A DNA stretch of 64,000 nt from Octopus sinensis (Eukaryota), in contig NC_043004.1 in assembly GCF_006345805.1 (NCBI RefSeq), positions 96,472,001 to 96,536,000 on the forward strand, read 5' to 3'. Each line of letters opens with the position of its first letter. Positions within the stretch are counted from its first letter, which is position 1. The notes under the pieces are model-generated. The model was given only the letters and a program-made list of their open reading frames with translations. It was not told the DNA's origin and made no database searches. The position numbers and the translations under genes are program-made. Shown here one piece after another: positions 1-12,250 of the stretch.

Positions 1-152
1 AGTACAGTAATATCACTCTACTTTCGTGTAACCCGACTCACATACATCTCCACATGTGCACAAAGACGCATGCGAGTGTGTGCATTTATTGGTTGGGCAT
101 GTCCAATTACATGAAACTGAATGTATGCACACTGCTAGGTTTCAGTATCCTG

Positions 153-160
<8 letters not shown>

Positions 161-233
<73 letters not shown>

Positions 234-238
234 CATAT

Positions 239-290
<52 letters not shown>

Positions 291-411
291 GTATGTATAT
301 ACACATACAGTATATATATATATATATATATATATTTATACACTTGTATATGCATATAAATACATAATATATATATATGTGTGTATGTATATAATGTATA
401 TATATATATAT
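161..411. repeat. (TA)n microsatellite with sparse interruptions
   Basis: Directly visible TA run; explains the poly-IY ORFs at 54-448. Confidence 0.97.
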
Positions 412-498
412 GAAATTTGCATCTAACTCTCTCTATGATTAAACACACACAGATGTAATTATCATCTTATATACATATACACTCATACACATACACAG

Positions 499-501
499 AC
501 A

Positions 502-576
<75 letters not shown>

Positions 577-700
577 GGAGAGAGTGTGAGGGATATATCT
601 ATATCTATATATATATATATATGCACACAAGTATATGTATATTAGATATATATGTGTGCATTTGTGTGTGCATATACACACATATATGTATACCTATACA
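499..700. repeat. mixed (TG)n/(TA)n microsatellite
   Basis: Alternating TG and TA runs. Confidence 0.9.
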
Positions 701-1214
701 GGTATGTTTATATCTGCACTCATATACATATAAGTTTACATATTCATTTGTAGTTCTAAGCATATACACATATACGTACATGAACATACAATTACAAACA
801 ACCCAGAGAGTATCAATATTGCATTCTTGTAGCTAACAATATTTGTCACATTTAAATAGAAGTGTGAAGCAATTCCATCGAAAAATTTGGAATTTATAAT
901 AATGGTAGACAGATGAAAAATAAGAATAAAAAGACAAAGAAAAAAGTTTTAAAAAATGATAAAAGTTGAGTGTATGAGAAGCGTGTGGAATTTAATTTGT
1001 GTCGATGAATCCTTGGAAAATTCATGGAGAAATGTGATTAATTAAGAATGCTATTAATTCCAAAATACTGTGATATTGAAACAAAAAGAAGAAATAAACA
1101 AAGGCCAAGTATATAACTTGATAATCAAGAATCCAAGAAGTTAGAAAGAATTAATATTAATAATGTCAATAATAATAACGATTTAGATAATATTAATGAT
1201 AAAGATAATAAAAA

Positions 1215-1430
1215 AATAATGATTTCTAACTTCCTCATTTAAGGCCATATATTTGTAAGGGAGAAGTATATTCAATTGAATTGACTCAAGTAAAATGAAT
1301 GGTGGTTATTTTATCAATAGCAGAAGGGTGAAAAGCAAAGTTGACCTCAGCAGGATTTTAACTTCAATCATAAAGAAATAAGACTAAATGCTGTAAGGCA
1401 TTTAGTACAGCCATCTATTGCTTCTATCTC
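1215..1430 (-). mobile_element. SINE family B, degenerate copy
   Basis: aaaagcaaagttgacctcagcaggattttaact is a diverged reverse complement of the family-B core agttcaaattccgccgaggtcgactttgcctttc. Confidence 0.6.
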
Positions 1431-1464
1431 TTTATTGCCTAGATAACAATTACAACAACAGCAA

Positions 1465-1660
1465 GTGGAAGCGCAATGGCCCAGTGGTTAGTGCAGCGAA
1501 CTCGCGGTCGTAAGAATGCGGTTTCGATTCCCAGATCAGGCATTGTGAGTGTTTATTGAGCAAAAACACCTAAGCTCCATGAGGCTCCGGTGGTGGTGGG
1601 GGAGTGAACCCTGCTTTACTCTTTCATTATAACTTTCTCTCACTCTTTCTTCCTACTTCT
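1465..1660 (+). mobile_element. SINE family C (tRNA-derived head), 3'-truncated
   Basis: A-box-like tggcccagtggttag and B-box-like ggtttcgattcc; body matches the full copy at 27087. May correspond to the published octopus OR-type SINEs (not verified). Confidence 0.85.
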
Positions 1661-2115
1661 GCCACAAGGCAGAAGAACCGTGGTGTAAGACGAAAATAGT
1701 ATGAACAACGACAACCAAGAAGTGCTATAGAGAATAACAGATACAAGATTTTATGGGATTTTAATGTACAGATTGGTCGTGAAATTCATGTCAGGTGACC
1801 GGATATTATGGTGCTTAATAAGGGAGAAAAAAGAGTGAACCATCATAAATGTAGCTATATCTGCAGACATGAATGTAGCAGTCAAAGAGCAAGGGAGGGA
1901 AAATAGGAAAATACTGGGATTTGGCTTGGGAAATATGACATCTGTGGAGGGTTTCTACAAAAGTAATTCCAGTTGTTGTAGGCGCCTTAGGTACTCTCAC
2001 CAACAGACTTGACAGTTCCCTTATTAAGATTGGTGTAACTACAAGAGTTGCATTAACTCATAAATGTGCTCTGTGGGGAATAGCAGTGATTGCAAGAAAG
2101 GTTCTCGATATGTAG
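1661..2115 (+). mobile_element. R4/Dong-clade LINE, decayed C-terminal restriction-like endonuclease region
   Basis: With stops and frameshifts it reads ENNRYKILWDFNVQIGREIHVR*PDI ... KYWDLAWEI*HLWRVSTKVIPVVVGALGTL ... KCALWGIAVIARKVLDM*, the usual ILWD..RPD..K..KY..L..VIPVVVGALG..L pattern of RLE-type LINEs. Confidence 0.85.
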
Positions 2116-2126
2116 GTGCCCTAGAT

Positions 2127-2346
2127 CAGTGCTTTTCAAACTTTTTGCTGGAACGGAACCCCAAGGAAACATTCCACTGGCTCGAGGAACCCCTGTGCAA
2201 CAATTTAATAGTCTTATGAACACAATATCTGCACAGGAGACTTAAAAATTACTGCCGATTTTAGCAGTTTTGTAACTTCTTGCGGAACCCCTGGACTGTA
2301 CTGGCAGAACCCTAAGGCTCCGCGGAACCCTGGTTGAAAATCACTG
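2127..2346. mobile_element. hAT (Charlie-type) MITE, 220 bp
   Basis: TIRs CAGTGCTTTTCAA / TTGAAAATCACTG; perfect 8-bp TSD CCCTAGAT at 2119-2126 and 2347-2354. Confidence 0.93.
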
Positions 2347-2354
2347 CCCTAGAT

Positions 2355-2678
2355 AAACAAAGGATGTCAGAAACATTTAGATAAGATCCCAGGAGAACCA
2401 TGTCTCAAAGAAATCCAAAACATTGTGCTGACAAGTACTGCCCACATCTTTAAAAAAAATCCTATCTATTTAAATGTCTGTGTTGTATTGCATGAAGATA
2501 TTTTGCTAATCCCCCTACCACTTCCCCTCCCCAAGCTTTCAGTCATACTATAACATCTCTTAGCCTTCACTCACCCTAGGACACTTGGAGTGTCTTGACA
2601 AGTGATTGTAACAAACATGCAGATTAAAAGTAAAATAATAATAATCATCATAATAATAATAATGATAATAATAATAAT
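2355..2678 (+). mobile_element. second R4/Dong-type LINE 3' end with (TAA)n tail
   Basis: KGCQKHLDKIPGEPCLKEIQNIVLTSTAHIFKK.. C-terminus, then a 3' UTR and a (TAA)n run at about 2633-2678. Confidence 0.75.
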
Positions 2679-3231
2679 GCCCCGATGCAGTGCTGGGCAG
2701 TGGCTGTAGTGGCTTCTGATCTTAACTGATTGGAAGTGTTATCATGTACATTGTTTTGTCTTGGTATAAAAGATGGGCTACAGCAAATATTCTGCTCAAT
2801 ACCACAGATTTGCTTGTCAGTTGTTTGACCTTAACCAGTTGACCATGTCCCTTAGTGGCTGACGATATGTGCATCTCTGATCACGAGCAGAAGTAGTGGG
2901 GGAGAATCATAGCCGTGTGTTGAGAGGGATTCTTTGGGTTTGAATAATTCACCTCTGGAAACATGGGTGGTTCATTCAACATCCTTAAACAACCCTTATT
3001 CAGGGACCTTTTGAGTGGGATGGGTTACTCAACCAGAAGAAAATTCTAGTTGGGCCCCTGCTGCAAGGTCATGTGCTGTTTATCTTGATATGAGATCGCC
3101 ATGTCGCGCACATATGATTGTGATGCATGTGCCGGGTGTACCCTTATCAGACGGGTAGTCATGATGGGTATACTGGGCTTGGTATATTTTACCCCAGTGT
3201 GACATTGATGGCATGCACCGCTCTCTCATTC
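2679..3231. mobile_element. unclassified ~550-bp repeat-like element between two (TAA)n arrays
   Basis: GC-richer block with sharp edges against (TAA)n on both sides; no ORF, no TIR and no tRNA head seen. Confidence 0.5.
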
Positions 3232-3250
3232 AATAATAATAATAATAATT

Positions 3251-3291
<41 letters not shown>

Positions 3292-3420
3292 AATCCTTTC
3301 TACTATAGGCAGAAACCCGAAAACTTGGGGGTGGGGGGCTAGTCGATTACATTGACTGCAATGCAGAACTGAAATTTGTTTCATTGATCTTTGCCCGGCA
3401 TGCACACCACTTTAATAAAA

Positions 3421-3806
3421 ACTAGCAGTATCGCCCGGCGTTGCTCGGGTTTATAAGGGAAATAATTACATAAGCATTTTTAGAGATGTAAAGTATAATA
3501 GCCATCTCAATATGGCTAACTACAAAGGGGGTGGGTGTTACGTTCTGAGATTTAATAAAAAATTTTTAGAGAGTTACTTCCCTTATATATGCCAAAAATG
3601 CATAAAAAATGGGAAAAATTGAGGGTAAATTTTTTTTAAATTGTAGACTCATCGTAGACACCTGCTAATACCCAGAAGGGCTCGATATGAACCACGACTA
3701 TAAGATACCCGGTTTTGGTTAAACTGCACCGCAAAATGTAGGAGTAGTTAGGAATCTAAATCGTAGGAGACAGACAGCACACAACCTCACTTTTATATAT
3801 AAAGAT
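3421..3806 (+). mobile_element. Helentron/DINE-1-like non-autonomous element
   Basis: 5' ACTAGCAGTATCG then hairpin CCCGGCGTTGCTCGGG; 3' end gacagacagcacacaacctcacttttatatataaagat, like DINE-1/Lep1-type rolling-circle elements. Confidence 0.7.
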
Positions 3807-4903
3807 ATGTGGTCAAAAGAATACAGCATAGTCATGAATATATTCCTTTTTCTTCGAGTGGTTGTGGTAGTGGTGGTGGTGGTGTGTGTGCATGTGTGTG
3901 TGTTACCTACAAAAATGTTAGACACTCTTAGCATGCACATAACGAGTGTAAAATATATATGAGAAAAGAAATGAAATGATTAGAAATAGTTTCAAGAAGT
4001 TCTTGAGTAGGTGACCATGTACTTCAGCTGGTCACTCTCATTTTCAGTATATTAGCTAGTAGAGATGAATACAAGTAGGCCTTCATGTCCATATAAACAC
4101 ACAACCGGATTAAAATATTTATATCCATCACTCCGTCCTCCTGTCATTTTTTTTTTACTGTGACTATAAGGAGTTAACTTCCACTTCTGCTGTTGCCATG
4201 CATACAATGGGATTTCAAATTCACATTTGAGTAAACTTGCTTCAATTCATTTTCTGTTTTGAATAACAGAAAATTTCAATTGTATTTCTATTTCATTCCT
4301 ACATTTATTTTTTTGTTTTTGTTTTTGTTTTCCTGTCTCATTCATTGTTTTTTTTTTTGTTTTTTTCCTTTTTCAGTCATTCTCATTATAACTATCTCTA
4401 ATTGTGATTTCTTTCTGTCATTTCCAATCATTAATTATTTTTCGCCACAACCTTTGTTTTCATATTTTCAGTTATTGAAGCATTACTAATAATCACTAAT
4501 AAGCTTATGTGTCAGATCTGTTTTCAATATTCATCACATTTTGTAATTACAATTTCACTGCTTTTGCTTTTGAAATGCATAATATAGTTAGATATACTGT
4601 TGTATACTAAACAATTAGCACTCCAGGTAAATATAGATTCTGTATTCTAAATGTTTGATGACTATCACAAACATAATCCAGCTATGTTAATCTGAATTCT
4701 GTTTCCACACTTTCCATTTCCTAAGTATTGTGCAACCTTTCCTATTGAAATTCCTTTTAATAGTTGCCCAACATGCTGGAAATAGCTGCTATTTACTTAT
4801 TTAATAAAGTGAATGGGAGATCAAATGATTAGTAAAACAATCAATTAACTAACTGGTTAATAAGTTAAGTTGTTGGTTTATAATAATAAACAGTATAGTC
4901 ACA

Positions 4904-5329
4904 GGAGTGGCTATGTGGTAAGTAGCTTGCTGACCAACTACATGGTTCTGGGTTCATTCCCACTGCGTGGCACCTTGGACAAGTGTCTTCTACAATAGCC
5001 TCAGGCCAACCAAAGCCTTGTGAGTGGATTTGGTAGATGGAAACTGAAAGAAGCCCGTCATATATATATATATATATATATATATAGGTATATATATATG
5101 CATGTGTGTGTATATGTTTGTGTGTCTGTGTTTGTCCCCACAGCATTGCTGGAGAACCAATGCTGGTGTGTTTACATCCCCGTATATTAGCGGTTTGGCA
5201 AAACAGACTGATAGAATAAGTACTAGGCTTACAAAGAATAAGTCCTAGGATCGATTTGCTCGCCTAAAGGTGGTGCTCCAGCATGGCTGTAGTCATATGA
5301 CTGAAACAAGTAAAAGAGTAAAAGAGTAA
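4904..5329 (+). mobile_element. SINE family A (tRNA head, internal TA/TG microsatellite, TAAAAGAG tail)
   Basis: ggagtggctatgtggtaag ... ggttcattccc head, conserved body and tail shared with 11 other copies in the window. Confidence 0.92.
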
Positions 5330-5759
5330 TGGAGAAAAATACGAAAGAAATGTTAGAATCATTGAATTATGATGTACCTAAATAGCAAAAATATAAGGAT
5401 ACAGGAACAACAGGCATCATGCAAACCTTCACACATGCCCACATGCACACATGCACATATATCCACACGAGTGTAAACATGCACACAGTTAAATTGTAAG
5501 CCAAGTGCACATACATTCACACACTTACACATGTACCAAAACCTATCATAAATACAGAAAATAAAACACAGCACATCTGCTTTCGATTGTATTGTGACAG
5601 AACTGGAGTGTGAGAGTGTCATTGATGACCTTGCAAAGGGTGATGAGGGACTCTGACAAACCTATTGCTTGATAGAAGGTTCAAATGATTAGTTGGGCTC
5701 TCAACTAGTCAATTGGCTAGATAGCTGTTCTTGTCTCTCCTTCTATCATACTTTAGCCT

Positions 5760-6190
5760 CTAAGCACCTGGCATAAAGACCATCTCCCCTTCCTCCCTAT
5801 TCGCCCCTCCCATACACAGATGAAGCATTGAAGGCCAATCTCGAGACACTGCACCTTACAAAGGAAATGACAAAAGACCGAGATATCTAGCACCTTGCTG
5901 TACTCAAGTAGACCCATCCCCCACTGCAGAATTAATACCAGTGCTGGTGCCATATAAAAAGCACTTACACTAGTGCTATGTTAGAAGCCCTGGTGCTGGT
6001 GCCAAATAAAAAGCACCCAGTACGCTCTGTGGAGTGGTTAGCATTAGGGAGGGCATCCAGCCACAGAAAGCATCCCAAAACAGACGATGGAGTCTGATGC
6101 ATCCCCCAGCCTTACAAGCTCTGGTCAAACTGTCCAACTCATGCTAGCATGGAAAATAGACATTAAATAATGATGATGATGATGATGGTG
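5760..6190 (+). mobile_element. RTE-clade LINE 3' end and 3' UTR with (GAT)n tail
   Basis: EALKANLETLHLTKEMTKDRDI*HLAVLK resembles RTE C-termini; ends catgctagcatggaaaatagacattaaat..gatgatgat. Confidence 0.75.
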
Positions 6191-6299
6191 ATGCTGATAA
6201 CAATGCACTTAGCATGGTTGAGGCTTTTTTCTTGTCTGATCTTTTCAGCCTTGCATCTTGCTCATTTACCCTACTGGTGCCAGAGACACAAAAAAAAGC

Positions 6300-6460
6300 A
6301 CCCATTACACACTCTAAGGTGGTTGGCATTAGTAAGAGTATCCAACCATAGAAAATATGACAAGTTGCTGCTGGAGCTTGGTACAGTCCTGCGGTTTGCT
6401 GGCTTCTTTCAAATCAGTCAAGTCATGCCAGCATGGAAAATGGATGTTAAATGATGATGA
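6300..6460 (+). mobile_element. RTE-tail repeat
   Basis: ggttggcattag..catgccagcatggaaaatggatgttaaatgatgatg, same family as 5760-6190. Confidence 0.7.
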
Positions 6461-6728
6461 CAAAACACTGAGCTGGAAAATGATAGATTATTTATAGTAA
6501 ATAACTCAAATATAAATTTTGTCAAATAAAAATGTTAGAATTCAGAGAAAACAGAATTAAAAATGGTTATCAAGAACAGAATGGAGCAAGTGGAACAACA
6601 ACACACACGAAAGCAAAAAGTGTCATTGAAGAGGTCACAGATGTGTGACGAAGCATTTTCGGAGAATGGACATGAGTTAAAATAATAAAATAAGATTAGT
6701 AATAAATGTGTGTAGAAAAAATATATAT

Positions 6729-7141
6729 AGGCGCAGGAGTGGCTGTGTGGTAAGTAGCTTGTTTACCAACCACATGGTTCTAGGTTCAGTCCCACTGTGT
6801 GGCACCTTGGGCAAGTGTCTTCTGCTATAGCCTCGGGCCGACCATAGCCTTGTGAATGGATTTGGTAGACAGAAACTGAAAGAAGCCCGTTGTATATATG
6901 TATATATATATATGCGTGTGTGTGTTTGTGTGAGTGTGATTGTCTCCCTAGCATTGCTTGACAACCGATGCTAGTGTGTTTATGTCCCCGTTTCTTAGCG
7001 GTTCGGCAAAAGAGACCGATAGAATAAGTACTGGGCTTACAAAAGAATAAGTCCCGGGGTCGAGTTGCTCGATTTAAGGCGGTGCTCCAGCATGGCTGCA
7101 GTCAAATGACTGAAACAAGTAAAAGAGTAAAGAGTAAAGAG
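6729..7141 (+). mobile_element. SINE family A
   Basis: Full head-body-tail match. Confidence 0.93.
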
Positions 7142-7524
7142 TATAGTGCGTGTGTTTATTAGGCAAAAAAAAAAAAAATGACCATCCTGAAATACAACAA
7201 TAGAATTAAAAACTTTATATGTTTGCAAAATATTGTCAGTATGCTTCAGCTATAATGCTGAATTATTCTTCCTTAATTTCTATTTCTGAAACATAGTGCG
7301 ACATTGAATTATTACAAATTCCTTTCCTTCAACGGATGTCCAACACGTTAGAAATAACAGCTACAGCCCAAGCAACCAGACAACCTTTTTTTGCTATATA
7401 GTCATTATTATTGTTTGTTGTTGCTTGGCCCCAGGTCAGTTTTGATGAAGCAGATCTATGATCAAAGTCATTCTGTTTGTTTTGCTTTTGCTTTTTCTGA
7501 CAATTATGTCTAGAAGTACCTTAC

Positions 7525-7922
7525 AGGAGTGGCTGCGTGGTAAGTAGCTTGCTTACCAACCACATGGTTCCGGGTTCATTCTCACTGCATGCCACTTTGG
7601 ACAAGTGTCTTCTACTATAGCCTCGGGCCAACCAAAGCCTTGTGAGTGAATTTGATAGACAGAAACTGAAAGAAGCCTGTCGTATATATGTATATATATA
7701 TGTATGTGTGTGTATATGTTTGTGTGTCTGTGTTTGTCCCTCAACATTGCTTGACAACCGATGGTGGTGTGTTTACGTCCCCATAACTTAGCGGTTTGGC
7801 AAAAGACACCGATAGAATAAGTCCTAGGCTTACAAAGAATAAGTCCTGGGGTCGAGTTGCTCAACTAACGGTGGTACTTCAGCATGGCCACAGTCAAATG
7901 ACTGAAACAAGTAAAAGAGTAA
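7525..7922 (+). mobile_element. SINE family A
   Basis: Full head-body-tail match. Confidence 0.93.
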
Positions 7923-8706
7923 AAATCCAATGCTACTTTCTGTCTAGAAAAAATTATTGTGTGATATAGTTATGGTTTTGGCTGCTATATTTAACAGATC
8001 AGGGGACGTGTTTCAGTCTCTGTCATTGGCTTGTGAGCAATCACTGTATATTTGTGAATACTGGGTTGATCAAATGATAGAAAGAAAGAAAGAAAAAACG
8101 TTTATTAAGTCAATGCTGAGTTGTTTATTCTGCTAGAGAGTGTGTTTTATTATCACAGGGATTTCTCTTTGTTTTCTATACTGAGAGAAGAACAGCTAAG
8201 GTGTGAGCTTCTGTTTACTCTAGTAACCACCTTTAGAGTTGTAAATGTAAGATGCAATGAAATTTAGTTTTAATAAACATATTATTTTAACAGAATGCAG
8301 TCTAATCGTATACAAATAACAGGTGTGTTGAAGCAGACAACAACAAAACGAACAGTTATTTAAATTTGTTAATATGAAAACAGGAAAGAAAAAAATTCCA
8401 TAAATTATTAAAATCAAAATAACTAACAGCTAATAGAATTAATAAGCGCTTGCATCAACTTAAAATGAAAAACTCTCAAGATGTCTACAAATGTGGTCAA
8501 AAATACAGTCGAACAATTTGCTCTTTTTTTTTTCCTATTATAATGTGAAATATTGTGGACTCCTTTCTTACGATAACCAATTAACATACAGTTAGAGAAT
8601 ATCAATTACTTGATGTTGCTTAGGTGAAGTGGGAAGATATAGTGTAGAGCTTTCCATCCCATTCTAGTCTAGGAAAATTATATGAGTTAAAATAATACTG
8701 ATGATA

Positions 8707-8866
8707 GGTACAGGTATGGCTGTGTTGCAAGAAGCTTGCTTCTCAACTACATGGTCCCAGGTTCAGTCCCACTGCATGGTACCTTGGACAAGTGTCTTCT
8801 GCTATTGTCCCAGGTCAACTAAAGTCTTGTGAGTGGATTTGGTAGAAGGAAACTGAAAGAATCCCA

Positions 8867-8912
<46 letters not shown>

Positions 8913-9046
8913 ATGTATATATCTATGTTTGTATTTTTAGTCTACCAATACAGCTCGATAACTAGTGTCAATGTGTGTTTATTCCCTGTCACTTTGCAGT
9001 TCAGCAAAAGAGACCAATAAAACAAGTACAGGAAGCTGAAAGAATC

Positions 9047-9083
<37 letters not shown>

Positions 9084-9281
9084 GTATATATCTATGTTTG
9101 TATTTTTAGTCTACTAATACAGCTCGATAACTAGTGTCAATGTGTGTTTATTCCCTGTCACTTTGCAGTTCAGCAAAAGAGACCAATAAAACAAGTACTA
9201 GCTTTAAGAAATGAGCCGTGGTGTTGATTTGTACAAGGCATGGCCACTGTAAAAAATGACTGAAACCAGTAAAAGATAAAA
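8707..9281 (+). mobile_element. SINE family A, diverged, with internal ~180-bp tandem duplication
   Basis: Segment ctgaaagaatccca..(TA)n..gaccaataaaacaagtac occurs twice (about 8853-9030 and 9036-9199). Confidence 0.85.
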
Positions 9282-9937
9282 GGAAAAAAGATAAATGATG
9301 ATTATTATGTGACGATGATGATGATGATGGGGGTGGGTGAAAGTGGAGGTAGGGGTGGTAGTGATGATGGTGGTAATGATGGTGGTGATGATGGTGGTGG
9401 TGCTGGTGTTGATCATGAAATATATCAATTATGACTATATGATTCAGAGGTAGGCAAGGGACAAAAATGATGAATGTTAATTAATTTCTCTTTGATTACA
9501 ATTTACATTGCCACCTGTTTCCCACACCTTATCTTGCACCCTACTCCACACATTCGCACCACATGAAACTAAGATATACACAGCACTGTACACCTACACC
9601 TTCTTTCACTTTTATGGCAAAAACCAATAGGCCTGTCATTCATTATACAGAAACACCTTTGTTTGAAATTTTTTTTTTTATAATTTGTCAAATTAGTTTT
9701 GTCAGTGATCACCAGCAAATTGACGACAGCAGTGACAAGAACAATTTGTTGATTTAACTTACAGTCAATCAGCCAATATACATAGTGTCATTGAGGGTGA
9801 GAAGTTGGTTGAATCAGTGTAGTATTAAATTAAATACCGAATAATTGAATTTTTGTTTCTCTTCTTTCTGATTTCAAATCTTTTGATGATTAATATTTTT
9901 CCTTCGTGCTATCAATGTTAATAAAATCAAGTACCAG

Positions 9938-10007
9938 TAATATGCTGGTCATTTTAATTGAAGCAGGCATACTTCACACATTGTGCTCATGTATTGGAGA
10001 CAAAGAT
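9938..10007 (+). CDS. candidate coding exon, armadillo/HEAT-like peptide NMLVILIEAGILHTLCSCIGDKD
   Basis: AG at 9936-9937 (alternative 9930-9931), donor GAT|GTAAGA, open frame; peptide resembles the ARM consensus lieaGil..L. No homolog confirmed. Confidence 0.3.
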
Positions 10008-10028
10008 GTAAGATACAAGACAGAAGGT

Positions 10029-10430
10029 GGCAAGCTGGCAGAAAGGTTAGCACGCCAGGCTAAATACTTAGCTGTGTTTCGTCTGCCGCTACGTTCTGAG
10101 TTCAAATTCCACCATGGTCAACCTTGCCTTTCATCCTTTTGGGGTTGATTAAATAAATACAAGTTACCCACTGGGGTCGATATAATCGACTTAATCCGTT
10201 TGTCTGTCCTTGTTTGTCTCCTCTATGTTTAGCCCCTTGTGGGCAGAAATGAAATAAGAAACATTAGCACACCAGGTGAAATGCTTAGTGGTATTTCGTC
10301 TGTCTTTACGTTCTGAGTTCAAATTCCACTGAGGTTGACTTTGCCTTTCATCCTTTTGTGGTAGATAAATTTAGTACTAATCAACTGGCCCACTCCCCAA
10401 AAATTTTGGGCCTTTAGCCTAGAATAGAAA
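10029..10430 (+). mobile_element. SINE family B, two head-to-tail units
   Basis: gctggcagaaaggttagcacgcc..ttctgagttcaaattcc..ccccttgtggg..gaaata, then re-entry at agaaacattagcac. Confidence 0.88.
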
Positions 10431-10539
10431 AGGATATGATCATGAGATATCCAGTGTCTTTTAAATAACTTTCTTATTGTAAGATTTGAGTTTGTTGTCT
10501 TATCAATTCTACAGTATTATCTTCTAACTATAATAATAA

Positions 10540-10915
10540 TTGTTTTTACCATAGGCACAAGTACAGACATTTCTGAGAGAGTAAGCAGTCAGTTATATCT
10601 ATACCCAGTAATAGACTTATACTTATTTTATCAACTCTGATAGGAAAGATGACAAAATTGACCATGGTGGGATTTGAACTCAAAATGTATATAGCCAGAA
10701 AAAAGAAAAACCAAAAAATTTGAGATTTTTTCACTGATGCACTAACAATTCTACCATTCTCTTACCTTTTTAGCAATAATAATGGTTTCTTAATTTAAGC
10801 ACTTCGAAGGCAAAGTTGAACTTGGAGGGATTGAACTCAGAATATAAAGAACCAGAAATACTTCAAGGTAGTGTTTTTCCAATGCTCTAATGACTCTGCC
10901 ATTCTACCACCTTTT
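10540..10915 (-). mobile_element. two degenerate SINE family B copies
   Basis: aaattgaccatggtgggatttgaactc and aaagttgaacttggagggattgaactcag cores. Confidence 0.6.
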
Positions 10916-11986
10916 TTGGCTATAACAATTAAATTAACCATCATGGAACCTATTTATTGTTAGGTGGAATTTACTAACAACAGCTGAATGCCTTGATCTT
11001 TGACATAATATATTACTAGCAATAGGATACAAAGTGTTGATGTTTCATCTGTTAAAGCAACATTGTACAGATTCAGTTAAATACAACTCTCTGAGCTCTA
11101 AAATTTGTCGATAATCAGTAACTATTTAACTTTACTACAATGATACATTGTAAATAGTTAATGAGGCTGTTATTACACACTGAATCATTGATATATTTCT
11201 GTTTGGGGCTTTTATTTTCCAATGATTTTTAAATTGTTTTTGTATGTTGATATGTATAGATTTATGACACTATGTCTGTAGGTGCATTTGTGTTAATGGA
11301 CATGACTCTGTCTTTGTTAAGTGATTTTGCTTGAAAATTAAATGTCTCAGTTGAAATGTTTAGATACGTACATATATATGCATATATAAATATATGTACA
11401 TATATATACATATATACATATTTCTGTGTCTATGTACGAATCTAAGTATGTGTACACGTGCATGTGTGCACATTGTTTTTTATTCCTGTATGAATGTGTT
11501 TGTCTGTTTAAATAAGTATTTGTACTTGCATGGAACAAACTGTCGTTTGTGTAACTTCCTATCATTGTTCAATGCAGTTTTGAATGATTCTCTGTTTGTG
11601 CACATATGTGCTTGCAAAGAAGTTAGGGGATTTTTATTGACTTTAAAAATCGCTTGATAATCTAGTGCATACAGCTGTGAATGTATTCCCTCACTGCGAA
11701 GGTTAATGTTTGCATCTGTCTATTTTATTTAGCTTTTAGCAACATATAAAGATGATGAGTTTACGTTATGTTTGAGAGAGAGCAATGAGGGGAACCAGAA
11801 GACCAACATTTTTTTAATAAACAATAAAAAATTCCATGCTGCATAAACAATAAAATAAACAATATAAAAATTTCTAAAAATGAAAATATAAAACCCCATC
11901 ATAGTTTCCTTGAAATGTTGTTCTTTATTTGCAGACCACTATACATGTTTGTCCAGGTTTCTTGATGTGTTTTGATATATATGCAG

Positions 11987-12025
11987 TTTGGTAGACTGGG
12001 GAATTATTACAATTCTTAGAAACAA
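11987..12025 (+). CDS. candidate 39-nt exon (LVDWGIITILRN)
   Basis: tatgcag| acceptor, AA|GTGAG donor, symmetric phase 2, ARM-like peptide. Unconfirmed. Confidence 0.22.
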
Positions 12026-12250
12026 GTGAGGAAAGGTAGCAAGCCGTAACAAAATTGTACCTCAGCATAGTCACATCTTATTCATGCAAGCATGGAAAAG
12101 TAAACATTGAAATTGATGATGATAATGATGATATATATATGTGTATATATTCATCAAAGTTTGTATGTCATTTGCACTATGGAATAAAGGTGCAATCACC
12201 AGCAAACAACACTTCAAAAAATCTCAAATTTTATTTAATTTGTTTTGCAG

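Noticed and set aside
54-836. Long ORFs of alternating I/Y, C/V or H/T (also at 26.3-26.8, 48.0-48.9 and 54.8-55.4 kb)
   Set aside because: They are translations of (TA)n, (TG)n and (CA)n microsatellites, which lack stop codons.
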